51,562 nucleotides of DNA. Origin: Chiloscyllium plagiosum (lineage: Eukaryota). Each line of letters opens with the position of its first letter. Position 1 is the first letter of the stretch. A program made the translations under genes and the position numbers. The notes below the pieces were generated by a model. It did not search any database. It was not told the DNA's origin and was given only the letters and a program-made list of their open reading frames with translations. The stretch is taken from NCBI RefSeq assembly GCF_004010195.1, contig NC_057753.1, positions 3,751,514-3,803,075 of the forward strand. Direction: 5' to 3'. Below are positions 22,361 to 35,080 of the stretch, piece by piece.

Positions 22361-23324
22361 TTGAGTATAGATGTTGCCAATCTCTCTTACTTCTCACTAT
22401 TTATAAAGTCAATGTCAGTGCTGTCCTAAAATAAAATGGTGGCTGTGAACAAATCTAAGATGTCTGACTTGACTCATTTGTCAGCAAGGGAGAGGGGGTA
22501 ATGTGTCAAAAGCCATTTCCATTCATCGATCCTTGCAGCGGTTGAAAATGGAGACAGCTCTTTGAAGGTGATTAAAGTGCAATTTGTTTACAGTGAATGC
22601 CTGAGACAATGTCAGATTCCAGCAATGTCTGCCTTACCTTCCAAGCTCCAAATATCTGAGACTCGAATATACAAAACCTGAAATAGCTCCGCCACTGAAT
22701 TGTGGATCTGCAGCCTTGGATCAGAATTTGTCACAGACTGAGTGTGTGCTCGGCCCGATCTAAATCTCCCTCAGTCCCTTCCTGACTGTTGGTCACTGTG
22801 TGTGTGTGTCTATTTACTTCTCTCCCATCTTTCAGAACACAAGGAAACCTCCACCTTCCAGTCTGTAACTCACTCCCTATCATGTTAAGCTCATGTTCCC
22901 AAGACGATCTCCTGTCAAGAACACTCAGTGTATTACTTGTCTATGGATGAATAAGAGATGGATAGGGGCCAAGCAGACATAGCTAGGACTAGTTTAGTTG
23001 CGATTATAGTTGGCAGTGGACAGATTGAACCGAAGGGTCTGTTTCTGTGTGGTATGACTTCAAAAGCGGAATGTGGGAGTTAAGAAGTTTTGTTTTATTT
23101 CATTGCAGTGGGTAATAACGAATGTCAGAGAGTGAAACCATCGTGATGCTGGGAAACTTGAAGCGATCGAGCACAGAAAGCAGTCATTCAGCAAAGTTTT
23201 GAACAAGTAGTTGTGATTGGTTGATCAGGTGTGATATTAGTAGCAGTGTAAACAGCTGGAAGTTAAATCTTTCCCATCGTCATCATCCATTGTTTGTCCT
23301 GCATCAGTAAGTCGAGATTCTGTG

Positions 23325-23727
23325 CAGATTAGAGTGGTGCTGGAAAAAACACAGCAGGTCAGGCAGCATCCAAGGAGCAAGAAAATTGATGTTTCGGGCA
23401 AAAGCCCTTCATCAGGAAGGGCTCAGGTAAAGACTGTGTGTTTTAGGAACTGTCCTAAAGGGGGAAAAGTGTCGGTATCATATTCCAGCTCAAAGCAATG
23501 GATGTCATTGGCTTCCTGATGAAGGGCTTTTGCCCGAAAGGTCGATTTTCCTGCTTCTCAGATGCTGCCTGACCTGGTGTGCTTTTCCAGTACGACTCTA
23601 ATCTCCAGCATCTGCAGTGCCCACTGCCGCCTATAGATTTTCCTGCTTCTCGGATGCTGCCTGACCTGGTGTGCTTTTCCAATACGACTCTAATCTCCAG
23701 CATCTGCAGTGCCCACTGCCGCCTATA
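23325..23727. mobile_element. Head-to-head family-A PLE ends with captured filler and a tandemly duplicated right arm
   Basis: Intact cores on minus (~23390-23418) and plus (CTGATGA at 23516); ~93-bp tandem duplication across 23543-23728. Confidence 0.8.
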
Positions 23728-24457
23728 TTCTGTGCACGCAACCTTTCACAACCATTCCCTTTTGCTTTCACTTCTTCATTCCATCTCTAGTCTGTTACTC
23801 TTTCACAGGACGTGATCATCAGTGGCCAAGGCCAGTGTTTCCTTGCTCAGCCCTCATTGCCCTGGGGAAAGAGAGGGTGAGCTGCTTTACTGAATCACTG
23901 CAGTCCTGGTGTTGCAGTTCCAAAGTGATTCCAAATTTGCAGCTGGTGTCGAGCCTCAACATTGACACGACTGATTCTCATCAAACTGTTGTCTCTTAAA
24001 TTTTCAGTCAGTAAGAAAGGTGTGTTAATGTCAACATTTGCACAAATTAAATAATCTTCATTGACTGAGACTAGGAATCAAACCCAGGCAAAGACAAATA
24101 ACATCAAATCTAACCTTGAGAGCACCAGGGAAGCTGCCTCTAAATGTTCACACTTAGCTTTACCCTTTCTATTTCCATTATTTTCACCAAAGGCAAGTTT
24201 CTCTGACAAAATGATATGTTTAAGTCGAACGCAAGCAACTCCTTCAGCCAATGACATCCGTTGCTTTGAGCTGGAATACGATACTGACATCTTTCTCCCC
24301 CCCCCTGCCCCGAACAGTTCCTAAAACCCCAGTCTTTGCCTGAGCCTTATCTTTGCCCAAGCCTTTTCTCACTTTCCCTAATATGTCCCTAAGAAGAACC
24401 TTCAGAGATTTCATGAGGTGAAATAAATAGGAATTGTTGTCAGACAGAAAGAGGAGG

Positions 24458-25036
24458 ACAAATGTGGATGCACTGGTTACAAAGGCCCAACAACGTCTCT
24501 TCTTCCTCAGGCAGCTGAGGAAATTTGGCATGACGGCGAATACCCTCGCCAAATTTTATAGGTGCGCCATCGAAAGCATTCTGTGGATATATTAACTGTA
24601 CCATTCAAGATTGGAGACCGTTACAGAGAGTGTGGTGAACTCAGCCCAGACAATCACATAGGCCAACCTCCCATCTATAGAATCCGTCTACCAGGCCCAC
24701 TGTCAAGGAAAGGCCGCCAGCATTCTCAAAGATCCATCCCACCCCGGCAATGTTTTTCTACAGCCTGTACCATCGGGGAGAAGGTACAGAAGCCTGAACA
24801 CACACACACACACACCAGCCGGTTTCGCAACAGTTTCTACCCTACTGTTGGTAGAATGCTGAATGGTCTCTCAAACTCATAACATTCGCCTGTACCTGTG
24901 TTTTTGTTTTTGCTGCTGTTTACCTATTATTTACTTATCTATGCTACTTAACTCTGTGACCTGCCTGTATTGCTCACAAGACAAAGCTTTTCACTGTGCC
25001 TCGGTACACGTGACAATAAATTCAATTCAATTCAAA
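24458..25036 (+). mobile_element. Rex1/Babar LINE 3' end
   Basis: LVTKAQQRLFFLRQLRKFG; TSRFRNSFYP; tail aataaa(ttcaa)n; near-identical to 49740-50322. Confidence 0.85.
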
Positions 25037-25314
25037 TCAAAATCTCGAGTTGCAAATTTTCACACTGATATCCTTTTTCTTAAAACATTTTAATATGAAC
25101 AACTAAAGTGACCAACGTTTGAGATTGTCAAAAGGAACAAATGTGTTTGAGGAGTCGAAAAGGTACAACACATTGTGATGAGCACAAAACTGAAGTAATG
25201 AATGTTTATGCAAAAATATTAATACCTACAACTGAGGTGGTGTTTAATAACAACTGTAGACACAGACACCAGTGTAAACAGTTCAGTCCTGGATCTGACT
25301 CATAGGAAAGTCCA

Positions 25315-25995
25315 TCACTGTGGTTCCTCATGGACCCGTTGGTGTCTCAGCAGGGCGGTCGAACAAGTGAATTTCTTACCACACTCGGAGCAAGTGAACA
25401 GTCCCTCCCCAGTGTGAATGCGCTGGTGTATCAACAGAGTGGATGACTGAGTGAATGCCCTCCCACACACTGAGCAGGTGAATGGCCTCTCCCCGGTGTG
25501 AACCCGTTGGTGTTTCGTGAGGCCAGATAACTGCCTGAACTCGTTCCCACAGTGAGAGCACCTGAATGGCCTCTCGTCAGAGTGAATACGTTGATGGCGC
25601 ATCAAGTCCCCAGAACATTTAAAGCACTTCCCACAGTCTGGGCACTTAAAAGGTCTCTCGCCGGTGTGGACCCGCCGGTGCCTCAGCAGGGTGGAGGACT
25701 CTGTGAATCCCTTGCCACACGTGGAGCAGGTGAATGGTCTCTCCCCAGTGTGAATTCGCTGGTGTTTCAGAAGGTCTGACGACTGAGTGAATCGCTTCCC
25801 ACAGTCTGAGCAAACGAACGGCCTCTCCTCGGCATGACTGTGCTGAGGCGTTTCCAGCTCAGCCAGGGATCCGAATCCTCTCCCACATTCCCCGTACATC
25901 TCTCCATTCCGACTGCATTTATGTTCTGACAGCCCAGATGACTGGCTGAAGCTGTGTCCGCAAACACAGCACGTGTACAGTTTCTCCCCTTCCAT
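25315..25995 (-). CDS. ZNF gene B: C2H2 zinc-finger protein, 226 aa, 6 intact plus 2 degenerate N-terminal fingers
   Basis: Open ORF from ggcATGG (MEGEKLYTC...), paralogous to gene A (MEGES...). Acceptor tttcacag ends at 26097; in-frame TGA at 26011-26013. Confidence 0.9.
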   Translation of the reverse strand: MEGEKLYTCCVCGHSFSQSSGLSEHKCSRNGEMYGECGRGFGSLAELETPQHSHAEERPFVCSDCGKRFTQSSDLLKHQRIHTGERPFTCSTCGKGFTESSTLLRHRRVHTGERPFKCPDCGKCFKCSGDLMRHQRIHSDERPFRCSHCGNEFRQLSGLTKHQRVHTGERPFTCSVCGRAFTQSSTLLIHQRIHTGEGLFTCSECGKKFTCSTALLRHQRVHEEPQ

Positions 25996-26160
25996 GCCCA
26001 AACTCCAAAGTCATGACCAGTGGGGTGACTCTGTCAGACCCAGCTTTGTTTGTTTGGCTTCCTGTGCCTGGCTGCTAAACGTCTCCATCGAACAGCCTGT
26101 GAAACCGATATAAAACAGACGAATGGAGTGAGAGTCAACACACAAGAAAACAGTACCACA

Positions 26161-26480
26161 GGGCAACACAGTGACTCAGTGGTTAGCACTGCTGCTTCAC
26201 AGCACCCAGGGTCCCAGGTTCGATTCCAGCCTCGGGGCGACTGACTGTGTGGAGTTTGCACGTTCTCCCAGTGTCTCCGTGGGTTTCCTCCGGGTGCTCC
26301 GGTTTGCTCCCACAGTCCAAAGATGTGAAGGTCAGGGTGGATTGGCCACGCTAAATTGCCCCACAGTGTTAGATGCATTAGTCAGAGGGAAATGGGTCTG
26401 GGTGGGTTGGTCTTCAGAGGGTCGGTGTGGACTTGTTGGGCTGAAGGGCCTGTTTCCACACTGTAGGGGAATCTAATCTA
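26161..26480 (+). mobile_element. HE1-type V-SINE
   Basis: Full copy just upstream of the gene B acceptor. Confidence 0.9.
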
Positions 26481-26689
26481 AAAGCAAGTGGAAGCGGTGA
26501 AACGGAGCTGAATGAATCTGGACGTGGCCAGCACTCAGCAAAACGTAATCATGGATAATGCTGGGATTTCAACTCAGTTGGTTCATCATTCTCACTCTGC
26601 AAAGGGAAAACTGCTGCCAGGTCTTTACTGATAGAAGACTCTGGTCTCCGTACAAAGGGACAGGTGGGAGATACAGGTAGGGTATTTCT

Positions 26690-27045
26690 TTTGTTACCTC
26701 TTGACTCTACTATTCAAACACACTCTTATCCGAATCAACACTCAAACTCCCTGTAATCGTCAGGTCATTCAAAACTCTCCAGCCCATGTGCTTCTTCACA
26801 CCAAGCCTTGTTCACCTGAGCTTAACATTCTTTGAGTGAAGAGCATGAGACGTTTACAATTTCTGTCCTCCTTCTCAAGTCCCTCGTGATATTGTGTCGC
26901 CCAGTAACCTTCTCCAGACTCAGCCTCCAGCCTCATTCTGTCATCAAGTCCTCTCACCTCGAAAGCCTCCCAATCTCTGTAACTCCTCCAGCCTCACAAC
27001 CCCTCCCTACCTCTGGGATCTCGCTCAGACTCACAACCTTCGGCT
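26690..27045 (+). mobile_element. L2 LINE 3' remnant
   Basis: gactctactattcaaacacactc...caaaactctccagcccatgtgctt; related to 32480-33400. Confidence 0.55.
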
Positions 27046-27048
27046 ATT

Positions 27049-27369
27049 TGGGGCGGCACAGTGGCTCAGTGGTTAGCACTGCTGCCTCACAGCACCAGGC
27101 TCCCAGGTTCGATTCCAACCTTGGGCCACTGTCTGTGTGGAGTTTGTACATTCTCCGTGTATCTGCGTGGGTTTCCTCCGGGTGCTCTGGCTTCCTCCCA
27201 CAGTCCAAAGATGTGCAGGTATGGGGTGAATTGGCCATGCTAAATTGCCCCATAGTGTTAGGTACATTAGTCAGAGGGAAATGGGTCTGGGTGAGTTACT
27301 CTTCAGAGGATCGGTGTGGACTTGTTGGGTCGAGGGGCCTGTTTCCACACTATAGGGAATCTAATCTAA
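27049..27369 (+). mobile_element. HE1-type V-SINE
   Basis: Full copy. Confidence 0.9.
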
Positions 27370-27879
27370 GTAATAGTAAAATACTAATAACGGACCCGTT
27401 ATTAGAGGAAAGTAAACAGGGTAGTTAGGGAGGGAGGGCAGTGTTGAAACAGAGCAATAGTTGGACATGGATTATGATCCACAGTCAAGGTGATACACAA
27501 GCCGAAGAGCCAATGGAACCAGATAACCGAGTACAGCATTAGAAGCTCAAAGGTGTGGGTAAATTACTTAAAATACTCACCTCTGAAACAATCTCACTGT
27601 TTTAATGTAAACTCTCCTGCTGGGACTCGCAGCTGTAAAGATAACAGAAACACTGGAGTCAGAGAAAAAGCTGAAGAGTTGAGGAAAACCCCCAGCAAAT
27701 GGGTGATGTCACCATGCAACAGTCAATGTGTGAAGACATTACCGACAGGAAGAAAGTGCATCGGTGCAAACCAGAGATCACCACATATTGTGAAGGATGG
27801 GAGGATCCCAGAGAGGAGGTTTTGATTTTATGGTAACTTTCGATAAGGCAGATAAAGGGAAAGGTGTTCCCATTAAATT

Positions 27880-29667
27880 ATGAATATATCAAGGACAAAA
27901 GGGTAACGAGAGAGAGAATAGGGCACCTCAAAGATCAGCAAAGCCACAGGAGATGGGGGAAGATACTAAATGAGTATTTAACATCAGTATTTACTGTGCA
28001 GAAGGACATGGAAGATATAGAATGTAGGGAAATAGATGGTGACATCTTCAAACACGTCTATAATAGAGGAGGAAGTGCTGGATGTCTTGAAACACATAAA
28101 AGTGGATAAATCCCCAGGACTTGATCAGGTGTACCCGAGAACTCTGTGGGAAGCGATCGCTGGGCCCCTTGCTGTTGTATTTGGATCATCAATAGTCACA
28201 GGTGAGTTGCCGGAAGACTAGAGGTTGGCCAACGTGGTGCCACTGTTTAAGAAGGGTGGTAAGCACAAGCCAGGGAACTATAGACCAGTAAGCCTGACTT
28301 CGGTGGTGGGCAAGTTGTAGGAGGGAATCTGAGGGACAGGGTGTACATGTACTTGGAAAGGCAAGGACTGATTAGGGATAGTCAAGATGGCTTTGTGCGT
28401 GGGAAATCATGTCTCACAAACTTGATTGAGTTTTCTGAAGAAGTAACAAAGAGGATTGATGAGGGCAGAGCGGTAGACGAGATCTATATGAACTTCAGTA
28501 AGACAACGTTATCCATGGGAGACTAGTTAGCAAGGTTAGAACTACTTAGAAGTCATGGATATACAAGGAGAACTAGTTTTGGATACAGAACTGGCTCAAA
28601 GGTAGAAGACAGAGGGTGGTGGTGGAGGGTTGTTTTTCAGACTGGAGGCCTGTGACCAGTGGAGTGCCACAAGGATCGGTACTGGGTCCACTACTTTTCG
28701 TCATTTATATAAATGATTTGGATGCGAGCATAAGAGGTACAGTTAGTAAGTTTGCAGATGACACCAAAATTGGAGGTGTCGTGGACAGCGAAGAGGGTTA
28801 CCTCAGATTACAACGGGATCTTGATCAGATGAGCCAATGAGCTGAGAGGTGGCAGATGGAGTTTAATTCAGATAAATGTGAGATGCTGCATTTTGGGAAA
28901 GCAAATCTTAGCAGGATTTATACACTTAATGTTAAGATCCTAAGGAGTGTTCCTGAACAAAGAGACCTTAGAGTGCAGGTTCATAGCACCTTGAAAATGG
29001 AGTCACAGGCAGATAGGATAGTGAAGGCTGCGTTTGGTATGCTTTCCTTTATTGGTCGAGAGTATTGAGTACAGCAGTTGGGAGGTCATGTTGCGGCTGT
29101 ACAGGACATTGGTTAGGCCACTTTTGGAATATTGTGTGCAATTCTGGTCTCCCTCCTATCGGAAAGATATTGTGAAACTTGAAATGGTTCAGAAAAGATT
29201 TACAAGGATGTTGCCAGGGTTGGAGGATTTGAGCTACAGGGAGAGGCTGAACAGGCTGGGGCTGTTTTCCCTGGAGCGTCAGAGATTGAGGGGTGACCTC
29301 AGAGGTATACAAAGTCATGAGGGGCATGGAGAGGATAAATAGACAAAGTCTTTTTCCCTGGGGTTGGGGAGTCCAGTACTAGAGGGCATAGGTTTAGGGT
29401 GAGAGGGGAAAAATATAAGAGACCTGCGGGGCAACTTTTTCCACACAGAGGGTGGTGCGTGTATGGAATGAGCTGCCAGTGGAAGTGGTGGAGGCTGGTA
29501 CAATTACAACATTTAAAAGGCATTTTGGATAGGTATATGAATAGGAAGGGTTTGGAGGGAAATAGGCCGGGTGCTGGCAGGTGGGACTAGATTGGGTTGG
29601 GATATCTGGTCGGCATGGACGGGTTGGACTGAAGGGTCTGTTCCGTGCTGTACATCTCTGTGGCTCT
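27880..29667 (+). mobile_element. CR1/HER1 LINE, 5'-truncated, RT with frameshifts
   Basis: [63 protein letters not shown]. Confidence 0.95.
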
Positions 29668-29689
29668 AATTGGTGGAGGATGATCCCAC

Positions 29690-30192
29690 TGGTTGAATAG
29701 GCTCTCTCTCTCTCTCAGGCATGCACACACATACAAGTCTCTGAGGTGAATTTGCATTTGCAGAATTATATTTGCACAATCTGCAGGTAGTCGATTCATG
29801 TAATATTTTATAAATTCCACTTTGGAAATAGAACCAGTCTGACTTAAGATTGGGACACAGACTCAAACCTCACACCTTTAATGCATTGTCTGAGCTGAGA
29901 TGCCACCTTTTTTATAAAACCTTAAGTTATCTCAAGAATGTGACTTAAAAGAAGTTCTGGGGTTGACGCATTAATGAACCCAAAACCTGCAACCTATTCC
30001 GAAAGATGTAACAGCAATCTAGGTTTGTTCAATATATCGTTTCAGTTGCATGAAACTAGAATCTTTTGCTCTAAATTCTGTGTCTTATGATCCAGTTCCA
30101 CAACCACCTGATGAAGGAGCAGCGCTCCGAAACCTAGTGTGTTGCCAAATAAACCTGTTGGACTTTAACCTGGTGTTGTGTGATTTTTAACC
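29690..30192 (+). mobile_element. PLE long terminal region (family B) with hammerhead motif
   Basis: cac-CTGATGA (30108-30114)-aGGAGC agc GCTCC-GAAA (30129-30132)-ccta-gtg; homologous to the region downstream of the GIY-YIG ORF at 47340-48290. Confidence 0.8.
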
Positions 30193-30194
30193 AT

Positions 30195-31790
30195 GTCTTT
30201 CCTATAACAGGGTGAGCAAACTGTACACAATACTCAAGTGCAGTCTTACCAATGACTTATACAACTGTAACATAATGTCCCAACTCCTTTACTCAATACC
30301 TTGACCAATCAAGGCCAGCATGCTAAATACCTTCTTCACCGGCCTGTCTACCTATGACGCCACTTTCAACAAACTATGTGCTCGTACTCCCAGGTTCCTC
30401 TGTTCCACGACACTGTGGAACAGGCGGCACAGTGGCTAGCACTGCTGCCTCACAGCATCAGGAATGCGGGTTCAATTCCAGCCTTGGGGCGACTGTCTGT
30501 GTGGAGTTTGCACGTTTTCCCCCGTGTCTGCGTGGGTTTTCTCCGGGTGCTCCAGTTTCCTTCCACAATTCAAAACTGTGCAGGTTAGGGTGAATTGGCC
30601 ATGTTAAACTGCCCATAGTGTTCAGGGATGTATAGGATTGGTGCATTAGTCAGGGGTAAATGTAGGAGAATAGATCTGGGTGGGTTGCTGTTCGGAGGGT
30701 TGGTGTGGACTTAGTGTCATAGAGATGTACAGCATGGAAACAGGCCCTTCGGTCCAACTTGTTCATGCCGACCAGATATCCAAACCTAATCTAGTCCCAT
30801 TTGCCAACCTTATCCCTCTATTCATACACCCATCTAGATACCTTTTAAATGTTGCAATTGTACAGGCCTCCAACACTTCCCCTGGCAGCTCATTGCACAC
30901 ACGCACCACCCTCTACATGAAAACGTTGTCCCGTAGTTCCCTTTTATGTCTTTCCCCTCTCACCAGAAACCCTCTAGTTCTGGACTCCCCCACCCTTGGG
31001 AAAAGACTTTGTCTATTTATCCTATCCATGCCCCTCATGATCGTATAAACCACTATGAAGTCATATTGTTGGGTTGAAGGGCACGTTTCCACACTGAAGG
31101 GATTCTATGATGACTGCTCAGGACCTTACCATCTACTGTATAAGTCCTACCTTGGCTTGACTTCCTAAAGTGCAATACTTCACACGTATCTGTATTGAAT
31201 TACATTTGCCAATCCTCAGCCCACTTCCCCACCTGATCAAGATCCCTCTATAATTTTTGATAACCTTCCTCGCTATCAACGATACCTCCTAATTTTGAAT
31301 CATCCACAAACATACTAATCACGCCTTGTACATTCACATCGAGATCATTTAAGTAAAAGTAATTAATAAAGGTCCCAGCATCGACTCCTGTGGCACTGCA
31401 GTAGTCATAGGCCTCCAGTCCAAGAAACAAACTTCAACTATCACCTTCTGCTTCCTTCCATCAAGCCAGTCAATATAGGGCAAGTTAGAATCAAACACCA
31501 CAACGACCCTGCCATTTTTACTCTTTCCAAAATCTGTCGACATCTTCTCTATCTCCCGCTGACTGTTGGGAGGCCTGTCGTATACCCTCAGCATTGTGAT
31601 TTCACCTTTCCTATTCCTGGATTCTTTCCATACTGCCTTATTGCATGAGTCCTCAGATGTATCCTCCCTCAGTACAGCTGTGAGATACTCCTTTACCAAT
31701 AATTCAACTTCCCTCAATCCTTTTACATCCACTTCCTTCACACCTGAAACTTCTAACTTCTGGGACATTCAGCTGCCAGTCCTGTCCCTC
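30195..31790 (-). mobile_element. Fragmented CR1 LINE (endonuclease and RT pieces) with nested HE1
   Basis: Minus LRVYDRPPNSQREIE, DSNLPYIDW, WRPMTTAVPQESMLGPLL, SMFVDDSKL. Confidence 0.8.
30422..31112 (+). mobile_element. HE1-type V-SINE split by a minus CR1 tail (30717-31065)
   Basis: HE1 breaks at tgtggactt and resumes at ttgttgggttgaagggc. Confidence 0.85.
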
Positions 31791-31791
31791 T

Positions 31792-31890
31792 TTCCTGATG
31801 AAGGGCTTATGTCTGAAATGTCGACTTTCCTGCTTCTTAAATGCTGTCTGGCCTGCTGTGCTTTTTCCAGCACCACATTTTTCATCTCAC
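31792..31890 (+). mobile_element. Family-A PLE end with hammerhead motif
   Basis: ctgatgaagggcttatgtctgaaatgtcga from 31795. Confidence 0.75.
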
Positions 31891-32022
31891 TCCCTCTTGC
31901 AGCCAAGTCTCCTCTCCATAATTGCTATGCCATAGTTGCAAGTACTCCCCAAAGCTCTAATTTCATCGACCTTGCCTATTATACGTCTCGCCCTGAAACA
32001 CATGAATTTCAGACCACCTTAC

Positions 32023-32112
32023 CTGCTCTTTTCAGCAGTGTTTCTGTGCCTGTTCTTGCTCCTACTCAGCATTTGGATTGAGTTTTCTTTTTGTACAGCT
32101 GCGTGGAATATC
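32023..32112 (-). other. Predicted 90-nt 5' exon of ZNF gene B
   Basis: Acceptor taaacttatttttacag|gatatt and donor gcag|gtaagg; homologous to the gene A exon acceptor at 8731. Confidence 0.55.
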
Positions 32113-32479
32113 CTGTAAAAATAAGTTTATGAAGTTATGCACTGAGAGTCCAGGACAGCAATCAGAAGAACCATACATTTCTCTTGTTTTCCATTTGCTG
32201 CCCCTTTCAACTGTCCTGTAAAAACAGTTTACAAAATCCATCACTGTCAGCCCAGGAGGAAAAATCACAACATGCCCTACTCCTGGCCCAGGATAATCCT
32301 GCAGGTGAGCTGTTGCCACTGCAAGTTGTCATGGCTGGCAGTTCCTCAGATTGACGAGGTTCTGCCTTGACTTTTTATGCGACTGAGCAGGGCCACAGAC
32401 CTTTGGACGTGGGGCAGTATGTCCCATGAGATGGTGGCCATCAGAAAGCAATATTTGCTTCTTTTTGTGCTGTGTATTT

Positions 32480-33400
32480 CCATCTGGATAATATCACCCG
32501 ACTCCAGCCTACTCTCAACTCTAGGTTCAACTATTCTAACACACTGCCAAACAGCCCCTCCTGTTCATACATCTCGAGATTATCCTGAACTCTGGCCATT
32601 AGCGACACTCAGCAAGTCTTGTTCACCCATTGTCCTTGTACTCACGAACCTGCAAAGTTTCCTGGTTGTAAAGCAACAACGTTTTAAGTTTCTCATACCT
32701 TTTTCCATCTTGATTGTGTTCATTTCTATCTCTGTATTCTCTTCAAATCACAGATCCTTTGAGATCTCTGCAACTTATCTAATTCTGGCCCCAGATACCG
32801 AGGTTTTAATCAAATAGTTCTTGACTGTAGGGAAACTGCAACCTGGTCTGGACTGATACAAGGAGTGAGGCAGACAGAGAGAGAGGAACATGTAGGAGAT
32901 ACAGGTGGTTAATTCATTTGTTACTCTACAGTTAACCACTGTAATGCACTTCTTGGTCTCCCACATTCAACCTTCGTGCAATCCTGAGGTCATCCAAAAT
33001 TTTGCTGTCCATGTGCTTACTTGCAAGAAGTCTTGTTCACCCATCACCCCATAGCTCACTAACCCGCAACTGTCTTCAGTTTAAGAGATCCAAACATTTG
33101 AAACCCCTCAACGTCACACTCCTTTGTGACTGCAATCCTCCTTGGTAATTTCTTTCTGCCTCTGAACCTTTGAGGTTTCTGTACTGATCTAATTCCAGCG
33201 TCACAAACAATCCAGATTTAAACAGATTATTCATTGGTGATTTTTCTTTCAGTTGCTAAACCTTTCTGTCTCTCCACATCATTTCACTGACATAAAATAC
33301 TCATTACAACTCCCTCTTCAACAAAGTGATTGGTTGCCCCAGCCTTAACATTTTCTTATGTTCCTCCAAAAGGTTCTTTTTTATATTTTGGTGATTTGCC
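32480..33400 (+). mobile_element. Two L2 LINE 3' remnants
   Basis: Repeated caagtcttgttcacccat(t/c) L2-tail motif at ~32612 and ~33028. Confidence 0.55.
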
Positions 33401-33624
33401 TTGTCTGGTTCTATTATGTGGAATATAGTACAAACTGTATTAAATATAATTATAGTGAAAACAAGGGACACATGGTTCCCACTCAAAAGTATTGAGAACC
33501 ACAGTCTTAACGTGGTTTCCACATGAAGCAAAAACGAGATGACAACAAACAATTTCACACGGCAAGTAGTTTGACTATGGAATGCACTGTCGGGACATTT
33601 CCTGGACACATATTCAATTGAGGG

Positions 33625-33770
33625 CAAAAGTGAGGACTGCAGATGCTGGAAATCAGAGTCTAGATGAGAGTGGTGCTGGAAAATCCCTCTTCAGGCAAAA
33701 GCCATCCATTTTCCTGCTCATCGGATGCTGCCTGACCTGCTGTGCTTTTCCAGCACCATTCTAATCTAGA
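33625..33770. mobile_element. Head-to-head family-A PLE ends
   Basis: Inverted arms; acacat(a)ttcaattgagg is repeated on both flanks (~33607-33623 and ~33770-33786), TSD-like. Confidence 0.75.
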
Positions 33771-34084
33771 CACATTCAATTGAGGCATTCAAGATGACCT
33801 TGGAACATTATTTAGATAGAAACAATGTTCAAGGTAATGGGGTAAAGGCAAGACAATGGCATTAGGTTGTGAAATTCATTCAGAAAGCCAGTGCACTCAA
33901 TGATGAGCTGAATGGCCTCCTTTGCGAGGTAACAATTCTGTGATTGTGAAATTGTTGTGAATTTAAACATGTATCACAATCCTTCATCATCACTGTGTGA
34001 GCAACCTGTACTTGTTTACCTAACAGCATGGTGGTGGGGGGGGGCAGCTTCACCTCACAAACTGCGCTGATTCAGGAAGGTTAC

Positions 34085-34114
34085 CTCCTGGCCAACTGTG
34101 CGTTGACAAAACAT
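34085..34114 (-). other. Predicted 30-nt 5' micro-exon of ZNF gene B
   Basis: Strong acceptor ttgttttgttctctctctccacag| and donor gag|gtaacc. Confidence 0.5.
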
Positions 34115-34439
34115 CTGTGGAGAGAGAGAACAAAACAAAGTGAATGAACTATGTATAATATCTTGGTCAATTTGATGGTCAGTGTATGCTCAGAAGCAAA
34201 AGAGAAGTATACAGGAAAAACAGTCTTAACTGTTAAAAATGCTGTAGGTAATGTTGCTGGGTAGGTTAGCAACATTACATGGTCAGGGGAGGGTCAGCAG
34301 TAGAAACCTCTAAGAAAAATGTACAGAGAAGTAACAGAGTTAAAATGCACTGATTAGGAGAGCCAGAGGGAGTTAGATAGTGACAGAAAACTGATCAGGG
34401 TGGGCACTAGTAGATATGAACAATGAATGGACAGGAAGG

Positions 34440-35080
34440 AAAAAAACCACCAGGCATGCGCCATGTTTCATATTGCCCCCCATAAATATGGCGTCTACGC
34501 AGCCACAAGGTCCTCAGTGCCCCTAACAAAGATGGTGGACGGCAACACGAGCTCGGAGATATCCGGAGTCCTTTCTCGTCCCCGACTCGTGCCAACAAAT
34601 TCTCATTCCAGCCACCGTGCCTTCCGCCATGTCTCCGTGCAATCGCCTGGTCCCTCCACCATCGTTGTCCTGCTGCCTGCTTGATGATCGGCGCGGACAC
34701 AAGTCTTGGAAAGGGGGAGGGAGAAGAAACACAGTTCCCGCCCAGAGGCCCCACGTGACTGAGGGCGGCGCTGCGCCAATAGGAAGGTCGCCCGGCCTTG
34801 GAGGACCGAGCGTGGGCAGCTGGTCCTCCAACCAATCGGAACGAGGTAGGGGCGGGGAGGTCAGAGGTCGGACACGTCATGCCGCTGAATGCACTGAAGC
34901 CTGAATGGATTCGGGAGGTGAGGGAAAGGGTAAGGAAGGAAAAGGAAAACAGCGGAGGGCGGGAGACTGGTTTACGCATTGGAAAGATTTATTCCCCTCC
35001 ACTATCCGAATTAGAAACTCGTCGTCTAGCGTTTGCAGCAAACGGTTGTGGGCGCCAGGCCCTGATAGGCCCAGTTACCT
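34440..35080. promoter_or_regulatory. CpG-island promoter of gene B, probably bidirectional
   Basis: CpG-rich; E-box cacgtg (~34752), two CCAAT boxes (~34776, ~34832), GC box ggggcgggg (~34849), NRF1-like gcatgcgc. YY1-type motifs lie on minus at 34472-34540 and on plus from 35081. Confidence 0.75.

Noticed and set aside
22418..22445. Possible decayed extended YY1 motif (aaaatggtggc)
   Set aside because: Single weak match with no CpG island or adjacent ZNF exon.
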